Source: Candidatus Delongbacteria bacterium
Lineage (GTDB): Bacteria; CAIWAD01
Length of the DNA stretch: 64,000 nucleotides
Assembly: GCA_020634015.1 (NCBI GenBank)
Contig: JACKCN010000001.1
Coordinates: forward strand, 569,727-633,726
Direction: 5' to 3'
Shown here: positions 19,330 through 28,196 of the stretch, one piece after another
Layout: the number at the start of each line of letters is the position of its first letter
Position numbering within the stretch: position 1 is the stretch's first letter
Position numbers and translations under genes: made by a program
The notes under the pieces: generated by a model
What the model was told of the DNA's origin: nothing
Database searches by the model: none
Seen by the model: only the letters and a program-made list of their open reading frames with translations

Positions 19330-20345
19330 GCCCCATGTCCTGTCATCCCCGTGAAGCGGGTCGCCCAGAATGGGGGCCCCGAGTGGTTACACCGCACACT
19401 CCCCTGCGCGGGGGGCGCTCTCTACCTTTTCTTCGCGAAGAAAAGGTAGGCCAAAAGAAGGCTCAGCAGGCCTTGCGCCGCGCAAACTTGGCCCGCGATG
19501 CGGTCCTTCGGGCCAAGCGCGGCGGCCCACATGAATGCCCGACCGCTCCGTCTCGATGGTTCCGCCACCGGCGTCACCGCTGTGGAAGAGTTTGATCTGA
19601 GGCGAGCCCCAGGTCCTACCCCCCCAAGCATGTCATTCTTGCGCAAGCAGGAACCCCGAGTGGTTGCACCGCAAGCTTTTTGCATTCGGAATCGCTGTGC
19701 GACAGACAGTCTGCGTGTCACGGATGTTGTCGCCGGTCGCCGGCAATGCGCTCCCCTGCGCGGGGGGCACTCTCTACCTTTTCTTCGCGAAGAAAAGGTA
19801 GACCAAAAGAAGGCTCAGCAGGCCCCGCGCCGCGCAAACTTGGCCCGCGATGCGGTCCGGCGAGCAAGCGCGGCGGCCCACGCTCCCTGCCCGACCGTTC
19901 CGCCTCGATGGTTCCGCCACCGGCGTCACCACTGTGGAAGAAGATTGATCTGAGGCGAGCCCCAGGTCCTGTCATCCCCCCCCAAGCATGTCATTCCCGC
20001 GCAAGCGGGAACCCCGAGTGGTTACACCGCAAGCTTTTTCGCATTCGGAATCGCTGTGCGACAGACAGTGTGCGTGTCACGGATGTTGTCGCCGGTCGCC
20101 GGCAATGCGCTCCCCTTGCGCGGGGGGCGCTCTCTACCTTTTCTTCGCGAAGAAAAGGTAGACCAAAAGAAGGCTCAGCAGACCCCGCGCCGCGCAAACT
20201 TGGCCCGCTTCGCGGTCCGGCGAGCAAGCGCGGCGGCCCACGTGAATGCCTGACCGTTCCGTCTCGATGGTTCCGCCACCGGCGTCACCACTGCGGAAGA
20301 AAATTGATCTGAGGGATTTTGTCATTCCCGCGCAAGCGGGCGTGG
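19330..20345. repeat. Tandem array of three and a half ~355-bp units. Each unit has a perfect 28-bp palindrome and a CRISPR-repeat-like hairpin.
   Basis: Unit periods are 352 and 360 bp, anchored on CCCCTGCGCGGGGGG at 19401, 19753 and 20113. The palindrome CTACCTTTTCTTCGCGAAGAAAAGGTAG is perfect at 19422-19449, 19774-19801 and 20134-20161. The hairpin GTCATTCCCGCGCAAGCGGGAACCCCGAG occurs at about 19342, 19632, 19990 and 20321. Confidence 0.85.
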
Positions 20346-20453
20346 TGGCATCGGTCCCAATCCGTGCGACATCCATGTGTCAGGTCACCCAGAGTGGCGC
20401 CCCCGGCAATGCGCTCATTTCCCGCAAGTCAGCGCGCGAAAAGGTAGACCAAA

Positions 20454-21085
20454 ACCCCATGCCCCCATCCCATCCTACCTGTCGGCGGACCTTCCCGCTG
20501 CGCGAGGGAAGGGATCGCTCGCCTCGGCACACAAGCGCTGCCTGCCAAGCCCCGAATGGGGCATCACACATCCGTAGCCCGTGGGGAATCCAAGGGCGGA
20601 TGCGTGGGTGCGCCGCCACATTCGATGCATGAAGAGAATCGCTCCGGCGCAATCCACTTCGTGGGGACACCACGGGTGATTGATGATGTGTGGTGCAACC
20701 GCTCGGGGTTCCCGCCTGCGCGGGAATGACGCACACTGTGGCCCGTGGAGATTCCACGGGTGGGCGTCAATCTATGACGTAGACACCGTAGCCCGGATGA
20801 AGCCTCCGTATCCGTCACGACACGAGAGGTGCCCGGCGCAATCCGGGGAACATGGTGAAACCATGGGATGGCATGGGGGCAGTGTCGCGGACATCAGACT
20901 TCTGGACCGTTCCGCGCGGTGCCCCCATCCCATCCCGCCTGTCGGCGGGCCTTCCCCCGCTGCGCGGGGGAAGGGGAATGTGGCTTCGCCTCGCTACACA
21001 ATCGCTGCTTGCCAAGCCCCGAACGGGGCGTCGTACATACAAGCCCGTGGGGAATCCACGGGCGGACGTACGGCGGCCAGGGGCG
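20454..21085. repeat. Second non-coding repeat family: two ~160-bp copies about 461 bp apart, with an inverted copy of the hairpin element between them.
   Basis: Copy 1 starts around 20454-20461 (CCCCATCCCATCC...) and runs to about 20617. Copy 2 is about 20922-21085. They share CTTCCC-GCTGCGC-GGGAAG and CCCGTGGGGAATCCACGGG hairpins. At 20688-20730 lies the reverse complement of GTCATTCCCGCGCA(A/G)GCGGGAACCCCGAG(T/C)GGTT(A/G)CACC. Confidence 0.7.
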
Positions 21086-21141
21086 TGGTCATCCGTGGGT
21101 GTGATGGGAAATGCCCGCAGCAAGCGGGCCGACGTTGGGGA

Positions 21142-22311
21142 TCAGGCGGTCGCGCGAAGGGCGGCGGCGGCCTGTTGCCAGTTGGCCAGTTCGGCCATGA
21201 ACTCCAGGCGCAATTGACGGGCCTCGCGCTTCAGTTCCTGGAGACGCGGGCGACGCTCGACCCGGGGCTGGCTTCTGAGTGCGTGATGCTCGCTCCAGAG
21301 CTGGCGGGCGCGCGCGTGCAGCAACTCGAGGCGCTGTTCCAGCCCCAGCAGCATCTCGCTGGCCTGGCTGCGCAGATCTTCCAGCCGGGTGGTCAGGCTG
21401 TGTTCCAGGCGGCGGCGCTGCTCCCTGAGGCGGGCCATCTGCACGGTCTCCTCGGGCACACGCTTCAGGCTCCAGGCCAGGCGGGTCTTCTCGAGCAGCC
21501 AGATCACCCACTTGCCCGGATCGAAATGCCAGGCCCGGATGCCGTTGCGATAGTCGCCGGGGAAGGTGTGGTGGTAATTGTGATAGCCTTCGCCGTAGGT
21601 GAAGAAGGCCACCAGGCCGCTGTCCCGGGCCGTGGTGCCGCTGTCGTAGGGGCGGCGGCCCAGGAAGTGGCAGAGACTGTTGATGAAGAAGGTGCCGTGA
21701 TGCACGAAGACCACGCGCGCCACCCCTCCGAAGAGGAAACCCGCCAGCGCGGCCTGGAACAGCGGACGCCCGCTGAGCAGTCCCTGGATCACGCCCACCA
21801 GAGTCGGCAGCAGCAGGCCCATGGAAATCATCAGCGCATGGATGTGCCGGTCCTGCCAGCGCACGAAGGGATCCTTCTCCAGATCGGCCACATTGCTGCG
21901 GTCCATCTTCGGGCTCTGCTCGCGCAGCAGCCAGCCCATGTGAGCGTGAAAGAAGCCCTTGTTGATGTTGTAGGGATCGTAGGGGAAGCCGTCCCGGTCG
22001 ACGTACTTGTGATGGTAGCGGTGCTCGCTGGCCCAGGTGAGAATCGAATTCTCGAAGGTGGCGGCCGCGAACAGCCCCGTGATCACACGCACCGCCTTGC
22101 GGGCCTGGAAACTGCGGTGGGCGAAGAGTCGGTGATAGCCCACGGTGATCGCCAGACCGGTGGCGTAGGCCATGACCAGAAAATGGACGAGATCGAAGGC
22201 ATGGAAGCCGTATCTGGAAATGAACCATGGCACTCCGATCACGCTGATCAGGAAGGTGGCCAAGAGGAAGAGGGTGGTTTTCCAGTTGATGGGGGGTTTG
22301 TCCTGGGACAT
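21142..22311 (-). CDS. Acyl-CoA (delta-9) fatty acid desaturase.
   Basis: TM helices plus three His boxes (HRLFAHRSF, HRYHHKY, HNYHHTF). Start placed at MSQDKPPINWK. Confidence 0.85.
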   Translation of the reverse strand: MSQDKPPINWKTTLFLLATFLISVIGVPWFISRYGFHAFDLVHFLVMAYATGLAITVGYHRLFAHRSFQARKAVRVITGLFAAATFENSILTWASEHRYHHKYVDRDGFPYDPYNINKGFFHAHMGWLLREQSPKMDRSNVADLEKDPFVRWQDRHIHALMISMGLLLPTLVGVIQGLLSGRPLFQAALAGFLFGGVARVVFVHHGTFFINSLCHFLGRRPYDSGTTARDSGLVAFFTYGEGYHNYHHTFPGDYRNGIRAWHFDPGKWVIWLLEKTRLAWSLKRVPEETVQMARLREQRRRLEHSLTTRLEDLRSQASEMLLGLEQRLELLHARARQLWSEHHALRSQPRVERRPRLQELKREARQLRLEFMAELANWQQAAAALRATA

Positions 22312-22433
22312 GCTGTGCCTTTCAGGGGAAACGAGGGTCGGGGTGCAGGAAGGTCCCTGCGGGCCCGCCCCAGTGTAGCAAGTTCGGGGACCCTGCCCCG
22401 CGTGAATCGTCTCATGGGGAGATTGTTGTGGCT

Positions 22434-23102
22434 TCAGCAGCGGGGCAAGGCCCGGAAAAACGCCTGAAGCCGTTCGGGGTCCAGAGCGCCACCGCGGCGT
22501 ACTCCGCTGCACAGATCGAGGCCAAAGGGCCCCACCCGCTCCACGGCCGTGGCAACATTCTCCGGAGTGAGGCCCCCGGCCAGCAGGACGGGCACCGACA
22601 GCTCCTCACGAATCCGGCGGCTGAGGGCCCAGTCATGTACCCGGCCGGTGCCGCCCAGTTCGGGGACACGCGCTCCCGGATTGCCCGAATCCAGCAGGAT
22701 CAGGCGCGCGCCCGCCCTTTCAAGCTCCCGGGCCTCGTCCAGTGACTCGGGCCCCTGCACGTGCACGACCGGAACCAGCCCGATGCCGGGCAAAGCCTGC
22801 CTCAGCTCCTCCAGCAGGCCGGGAGGCACGGGACTGACCAATTGGATCACATCGCAGCCCGTGCTGCGTTGCTGGGCCACGATCGTCTCCAGATCGAGCG
22901 AGGCCGTCAGCAGGAAACAGCGCACCGGGGGCGGCACCTGCGCGGCGATGCGCGCGATGCACGATTCGGAAATCACTCCCGGACCCGAGGGCATGTTGGA
23001 CACCAGCCCCAGGGCGTGCGCGCCCGCCGCCACGGCCAGGCGGGCCTCCTGGGCGCTGGATATGCAGCAGATCTTGATTCGCGGGGTGTGACAGGCGTCC
23101 AA
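22434..23102 (-). CDS. trpF: N-(5'-phosphoribosyl)anthranilate isomerase.
   Basis: PRAI pattern: RIKICCISSAQEA at the N-terminus and a TIM-barrel length of 222 aa. Confidence 0.75.
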   Translation of the reverse strand: MDACHTPRIKICCISSAQEARLAVAAGAHALGLVSNMPSGPGVISESCIARIAAQVPPPVRCFLLTASLDLETIVAQQRSTGCDVIQLVSPVPPGLLEELRQALPGIGLVPVVHVQGPESLDEARELERAGARLILLDSGNPGARVPELGGTGRVHDWALSRRIREELSVPVLLAGGLTPENVATAVERVGPFGLDLCSGVRRGGALDPERLQAFFRALPRC

Positions 23103-23117
23103 CGCAAGCCTCCGGCC

Positions 23118-25220
23118 TCAGGCCAGTTTTCCTTCCAGCTCTTCCGGATCGCCGCAGGGCAGGGCGCAGGAGTGGTTCTGGCACACGAATACCATTGGAT
23201 GTGTGGGTGCCTGAACCGCCAGATCCTCCAGCCAGGGTGCGAGTCTGCACAGACGCTCACTCTGGCCGGAATGCAGACGATGCAGCACCTGCCCCGGCTG
23301 CCAGCGTCTACGGACAACCTCGAGCAGCGCGTGTGTCCGCTCGTGACTGGGGTCTCCCCAGAGCACGATTTCACGGCGCGGGCGGCGCAGCTCGTCCAGC
23401 CCGCAGAGCAGTCGATTGGCCGAGCCCATCGCCAGGGGATGGTTGGCGTGTGCCAGCGCAACCAGCGCTTCGGCCCGGTCCAGCAGCTCGTCATCTCCAC
23501 AAAGACGGCCCAGGCGCACCAGATTCTCAAGCGCCAGAGAATTGCCCGAGGGCAGGGCGCCATCGTGAAACTCCTTGCGCCGGATCGGGAGTGTGCTGTC
23601 CAGCTGGCTGCAGATCCAGTACCCGCCCTGTTCGGAGTCCAGGAAGTCGCGGTCCTGAATCTCCTGCAGGCCGCGGGCCTGTTCGAGCCACGTGGGATCT
23701 CCGTCGGCCGTATACAGATCCAGGAAACCCGAGCACAGAGCGGCAAGATCGAGTTGCTGGGCCGCGATGCCCGCCTGACCGTCGCGCCAGCGCCTCAGCC
23801 AGTGTCCCGCTGGATCACGCAGCGAGTCGAGCAGGAAGTGGGCCGTGTCCCGGGCGACGGCCAGATAACCGGGATCGTTCAGGCTCCAGGCGGCCTGGGC
23901 CATGGCGGACAGCATCATCCCGTTCCAGTCGGCCAGCACCTTGTCGTCCATGAAGGGCCGCGGGCGCCGTTCGCGAGCCTCGAGCAGCCGGGGGCGCAGC
24001 ACAGCGAACAGTTCGCGGGACTGCGCGGAGGGCAGGACCTCGTCCTCGAGGAGGGTTCCCGGCCCACCCGGCAGGCGCAACACCCAAAGGTCCGCTTCAT
24101 GTCCGCTCTCGCCCTGCCAGTTGCCACCGGCCGGCAGATCCAGCACGCTGGCCAATGCCCGGGTTCCTTCCGCGCCCAGCACGCTGTGGAGCTGCTGGTG
24201 CGTCCAGACATGGAACCGACCTTCTTCGCCTTCGCTGTCGGCATCTTCGGCGGAGCGGAACCCCCCATTGGGCTGCAGAAGATTCTGGATCACATAGTCA
24301 CAGGTCTCGCGCACCACCTGGCGGTAGAATGGGCGCTCGGTCTGACGCCAGGCCTCCAGGTACACGGGCACCAGCAGCGCCTGGTCATAGAGCATCTTCT
24401 CGAAGTGTGGCACACGCCACTCCTTGTCGGTGGAGTAGCGATGCCAGCCCAGGCCCAGCTGGTCAAAGATTCCGCCGCGCCGCATTTCCTGCAGAGTGCG
24501 CTCCACCGCCTCCAGCCGGAAACGGTCGGGACGGTGGCGGCAAAGCTGCAGCAGCAGCTGCAGGTTCTGTGCTGTGGGAAATCGCGGGGCGTCGCCGAAG
24601 CCGCCCCAGAGTGGATCGTGGCGCTTCAGCAGCAGCTCGGCGGCCATGGTCTGCAACTCATTGCCCGGTCGCAGTCCCGGCCGCTGCTTCGAGCTTTCCT
24701 CGATGGCCGCCTGGATCTGGCTCACGGATTCCAGCACGTGTGTGCGATCCTCGCGCCAGGCCTGGGCCAGACGTGGCACCAGGTCGTGCATGCCCATCCG
24801 TCCGTGACGGGTCCTGGGCGGAAAATAGGTACCCGCGTAGAACACCTCGCCCGTCGGCGTGAGCACGACCGTCAGCGGCCACCCTCCCGAACCGGTGAGC
24901 AGCTGGCAGTGATGCATGAAGTACTCGTCCAGATCGGGACGTTCTTCCCGGTCGATCTTCACGCAGACCAGCAGCCGGTTCATCAGCGCGGCAATATCCG
25001 GATCGGCGAAACTTTCGTGTTCCATCACATGGCACCAGTGGCAGGTGCTGTATCCAATGGAAACGAAGAGCGGGCGATCCAGCTCGCGCGCGCGGGCGAA
25101 AGCTTCTTCACCCCAGGGATACCAGTCCACGGGGTTGTGGCGATGCTGCAGCAGATAGGGGCTGCTCTCGAATTGCAGGCGATTGAGGGTGGAAATCATG
25201 AAACGCTTCCAGTCTGACAC
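23118..25220 (-). CDS. Thioredoxin-domain protein of the YyaL/DUF255 family (N-acylglucosamine 2-epimerase-like fold).
   Basis: N-terminus [43 protein letters not shown] is the characteristic DUF255 thioredoxin-like motif. 700 aa. Confidence 0.85.
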   Translation of the reverse strand: MSDWKRFMISTLNRLQFESSPYLLQHRHNPVDWYPWGEEAFARARELDRPLFVSIGYSTCHWCHVMEHESFADPDIAALMNRLLVCVKIDREERPDLDEYFMHHCQLLTGSGGWPLTVVLTPTGEVFYAGTYFPPRTRHGRMGMHDLVPRLAQAWREDRTHVLESVSQIQAAIEESSKQRPGLRPGNELQTMAAELLLKRHDPLWGGFGDAPRFPTAQNLQLLLQLCRHRPDRFRLEAVERTLQEMRRGGIFDQLGLGWHRYSTDKEWRVPHFEKMLYDQALLVPVYLEAWRQTERPFYRQVVRETCDYVIQNLLQPNGGFRSAEDADSEGEEGRFHVWTHQQLHSVLGAEGTRALASVLDLPAGGNWQGESGHEADLWVLRLPGGPGTLLEDEVLPSAQSRELFAVLRPRLLEARERRPRPFMDDKVLADWNGMMLSAMAQAAWSLNDPGYLAVARDTAHFLLDSLRDPAGHWLRRWRDGQAGIAAQQLDLAALCSGFLDLYTADGDPTWLEQARGLQEIQDRDFLDSEQGGYWICSQLDSTLPIRRKEFHDGALPSGNSLALENLVRLGRLCGDDELLDRAEALVALAHANHPLAMGSANRLLCGLDELRRPRREIVLWGDPSHERTHALLEVVRRRWQPGQVLHRLHSGQSERLCRLAPWLEDLAVQAPTHPMVFVCQNHSCALPCGDPEELEGKLA

Positions 25221-25303
25221 GAGTGCTCAACGCCGTGGTCTGCGTTGATCCGCTCAAACTAAGGCTTGCCTAACTGGGAATCGACCCATCCACCGGATTC
25301 ATC

Positions 25304-26287
25304 TCAGCCAAAAACACGCGCCAGCAGGATCAATGCCAGCCAGCAGAGCAGCAACACCTGCTTCTGGGCAAGTTTGAAAGCCTTGAGCACCGCGTCGGCA
25401 AGCGTGGAATGGGCGCGCGCGGGCATATCGGCGGACTGGACCAGCATGCGGACCGAAGGCAGGAGCGTGAACACCGGCAGTGCCAGTGCCATGGCCCATT
25501 GCAGCGCAGGCAGATCGCTGCGGGAATGAAGGAACAGCGACAGGCCCGTGATGACCGTTCCCAGCAGAAGCAAGGCCAACCTTGCCACTCGGCGTGGCCC
25601 CAGCAGCACCGCCAGGGTGCGTTTGCCCGTATGGCGGTCCATGGCCACATGCCCCAGCCCGCTGCCCAGGGCCGATGAAGCCGCCAGACCGAGCGCGGGC
25701 AGGCTCCAGAGCAGGGGATAGTCGCCCAGCGGAAGCCCGCAATACCCCCACCCCAGCCAGGGCAGCAGCAGGCCCACTCCGAAGGTCTCCAGCAGTTCTC
25801 CTCCGCCTCGGTAGTTCAATCGTGCCGGAGGAAAACTGTAGAGCAGGGGCAGCAGCATGGCGGCCACGGCCAGCAGACCCAGGCTGTGGGCCCCGCCGGT
25901 GGCTTCACGCAGCTGGGTGAAGAAGGCGAATGCCAGCAGGGCAGCGCTGCCGGCCAGGCCCACGGCCCTTGGGGAGAGCCAGCCCAGCGGGATCACCCGG
26001 GGGCCCAGACTGGACGGATGACGCAGCATGTGCTCGCGATCCGCGTCCGCATCGGCCAGATCGTTGAGCAGCACGATGGCCGCCTGCAGCAGCAGACCCG
26101 CGAGGCTCACCAGCAGGATCCCCGAAACCGGGTGCGGGGCATGTCCGGCCAGAGCCAGCGCCACTCCCACCCCGATCGGCAGCAGAATCTTGGGCAGCGA
26201 CGCCGGACGCAGGGCGGCACGCCAGCATTGCGCGAGCGGAGGTCGCCGGGGGAGTTCCTCCCTCGCTGTGCTTTGCATTAGATTCAT
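25304..26287 (-). CDS. UbiA-superfamily prenyltransferase, MenA-like, second paralog.
   Basis: Carries NDLADADADREHMLRHP (NDxxDxxxD) and LNYRGGGELLETFGVGLLLP. Multi-TM. Start placed at MNLMQSTA. Confidence 0.7.
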   Translation of the reverse strand: MNLMQSTAREELPRRPPLAQCWRAALRPASLPKILLPIGVGVALALAGHAPHPVSGILLVSLAGLLLQAAIVLLNDLADADADREHMLRHPSSLGPRVIPLGWLSPRAVGLAGSAALLAFAFFTQLREATGGAHSLGLLAVAAMLLPLLYSFPPARLNYRGGGELLETFGVGLLLPWLGWGYCGLPLGDYPLLWSLPALGLAASSALGSGLGHVAMDRHTGKRTLAVLLGPRRVARLALLLLGTVITGLSLFLHSRSDLPALQWAMALALPVFTLLPSVRMLVQSADMPARAHSTLADAVLKAFKLAQKQVLLLCWLALILLARVFG

Positions 26288-26332
26288 GGCGCGTCCTTCA
26301 ATGCAGGCTGACGCCCTTACCAACGCAAGAGT

Positions 26333-27103
26333 GTGCCCATGTGTCCCGCTGATTCCCGATTCGGTTCCGATACCCAGTCCTGGCTTGACCTGCTGGAAGA
26401 CAGTGACCGCTGGTTGAGGGAACGCTCCGGCTGGGCCAGTCTGCAACCGGAGCGAGAACGGGCCAGCGATCTGGTGAGCATGAGCCGGGTGGCTCTGACT
26501 CCCGACGATGCGCCCGAACTGTGTCACACCTTCGCCCGCGGTCTGGCACATCTGGTTCGCCAGCAGGCCGAGCACTTTCCTCACAACATCTTCTGCGATC
26601 TGGACTTCCTCTGCGCCTCACTGCTGCAGCAGGCGCGCGCCAGCGACGAGGCCTGCGCGGATCTGGAGCGGAGTTTCGGCCTGCTGGAAGAACTGAACGC
26701 AGCCTTCGGTCGCCACTCCACCATCCGCTTTCGCTATCTGCACGACTTCCTCTATGGGTGGGACTGGGCCCGCTGGGTCGCGCGTGATCCAGATTCCCGA
26801 CGGCTGCTGGGCCCGTTCTCCACGCCCTTCCTGGAAAATCTGCTCGAGCGCGGGCAGGAACTGCAGCAGCTGATCGCCCGTCAGGACGCGCGCTATCATC
26901 GCCTGGAAGCCGGTCATTTCCGCAATCCGTTCGGATTCGTGCGGGAGCCGAAGGAAGAGTGTCTGCTTCACGGCACATTGGCCCGGCGCGGCATGATCCC
27001 GCTGGAAGCATGGCGCGCGGAGACGCAGCCCGAATGGAACAGGCCCTACGGCGAGACCCGTGCCACTGTGGCCCGGGAACTGGGGCTGGAACGCACGCGC
27101 TGA
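26333..27103 (+). CDS. Hypothetical protein, 256 aa, no recognised domain. Divergent from the UbiA paralog.
   Basis: Native codon usage, no TM segment, charged and helical in character. Confidence 0.5.
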   Translation: MPMCPADSRFGSDTQSWLDLLEDSDRWLRERSGWASLQPERERASDLVSMSRVALTPDDAPELCHTFARGLAHLVRQQAEHFPHNIFCDLDFLCASLLQQARASDEACADLERSFGLLEELNAAFGRHSTIRFRYLHDFLYGWDWARWVARDPDSRRLLGPFSTPFLENLLERGQELQQLIARQDARYHRLEAGHFRNPFGFVREPKEECLLHGTLARRGMIPLEAWRAETQPEWNRPYGETRATVARELGLERTR

Positions 27104-27113
27104 ACAGCCCGGT

Positions 27114-28196
27114 TCAATCCGACAGTCCCGGGGTCTCCACCTGCTGGATCACGGCCGAGCCCAGGCACTCCTCTCCCCTGTAGAACACCACGAACTGCCC
27201 CGGTGCCAGTCCCGTGTCGGGGCGCTCCAGCTCCACCAGCCAACCTTCGTCGGCCAGAGGGCGCAGGCGGCAGGCGGGCAAGGAGGGGCCATGACGCACC
27301 TTGCAATGCAGGCTTTCCTCCCCGGGGACCGGACCCAGCCACTGGGCCTGACCGGCCCGGAAGCGGCTGGCCGCGTGATCCATCAGGTACTCCTGACGAC
27401 TGATGAAGACCACGTTCTCGACCGGGTCCTTGCCCACCACGTACCATGGGCCTCCGTGCAGGCGCAGCCCCTTGCGCTGGCCGATGGTGTGATACCAGAA
27501 ACCCTGATGCGTGCCCTTGCGCGTACCGGTCTCCCACTCCACGATCGGCCCTTCCTTCACCCCCAGGTGATGACGCACGAATTCGGAGTAGCGGATCTTG
27601 CCCAGAAAACAGATGCCCTGGCTGTCGGGGCGAGCCCGATTCGGCAGCTGGAATTCCTCGGCCAGGGCGCGCACCTCGTGCTTGTGCAGGTGCCCCACCG
27701 GAAACAGGCAACGGGCGAGCTGGGCCGGAGCCATCCGGGCCAGAAAGTAACTCTGGTCCTTGACCGGGTCGGGAGAACGCAACAATCGCAGGCGGTCGCC
27801 TTCGTGGTCCAGGCGGGCATAGTGACCGCTGGCGACCAGGGCCTCGGGTTGTCCCAGGCAGTCCAGGAAGGCACCGAACTTGATCCGCTCGTTGCAGAGC
27901 AGGTCGGGGCTGGGGGTGCCGCCGGCACGCAGTTCGTCCAGGACATAACTGACCACGCGTTCCCAGTATTCCTTCTGGAGTGGCAGCACTTCCAGCGGCA
28001 CGCCGGCCTGCTGACAGACGGCACGCGCGGCGTCCAGATCGTCCTCCCAGGGGCAGTCCCCCAGGAAAGCCAGCTCTTCCTGCAGCCAGATCTTCAGGTA
28101 CCAGGCGGTCAGCCGATGCCCGCCAGCCCTCTGCAACAGGCGCAGGGCCACCGAACTGTCCACTCCCCCCGACAACAGCACCGCCGTGTCCCGCAT
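27114..28196 (-). CDS. mnmA: tRNA-specific 2-thiouridylase.
   Basis: [20 protein letters not shown]-loop is present. MnmA-wide conservation, including the [12 protein letters not shown] block. Confidence 0.9.
   Translation of the reverse strand: MRDTAVLLSGGVDSSVALRLLQRAGGHRLTAWYLKIWLQEELAFLGDCPWEDDLDAARAVCQQAGVPLEVLPLQKEYWERVVSYVLDELRAGGTPSPDLLCNERIKFGAFLDCLGQPEALVASGHYARLDHEGDRLRLLRSPDPVKDQSYFLARMAPAQLARCLFPVGHLHKHEVRALAEEFQLPNRARPDSQGICFLGKIRYSEFVRHHLGVKEGPIVEWETGTRKGTHQGFWYHTIGQRKGLRLHGGPWYVVGKDPVENVVFISRQEYLMDHAASRFRAGQAQWLGPVPGEESLHCKVRHGPSLPACRLRPLADEGWLVELERPDTGLAPGQFVVFYRGEECLGSAVIQQVETPGLSD

Noticed and set aside
19330-20345. Possible CRISPR array, because of the type I-E-like hairpin GTCATTCCCGCGCAAGCGGGAACCCCGAG.
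   Set aside because: Periodicity is about 355 bp, not about 61 bp. The sequence between hairpins is itself repeated, so there are no unique spacers, and no cas genes lie in the window. Reported as a non-CRISPR repeat instead.
19498-20632. Several 60-210-aa ORFs inside the repeat region (19498-19953, 19680-20312, 20246-20632 and others).
   Set aside because: Their protein sequences are themselves tandemly repeated copies of Arg/Pro/Ala-rich text generated by the 355-bp DNA repeat. They show no codon bias, no RBS and mutually overlapping frames, so I treated the region as non-coding.
20680-22467. 595-aa plus-strand ORF.
   Set aside because: It is antisense to the fatty-acid desaturase and extends through the non-coding repeat region.
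22761-25217. 818-aa plus-strand ORF.
   Set aside because: It is antisense to the YyaL thioredoxin-domain gene, which has unmistakable conserved motifs.
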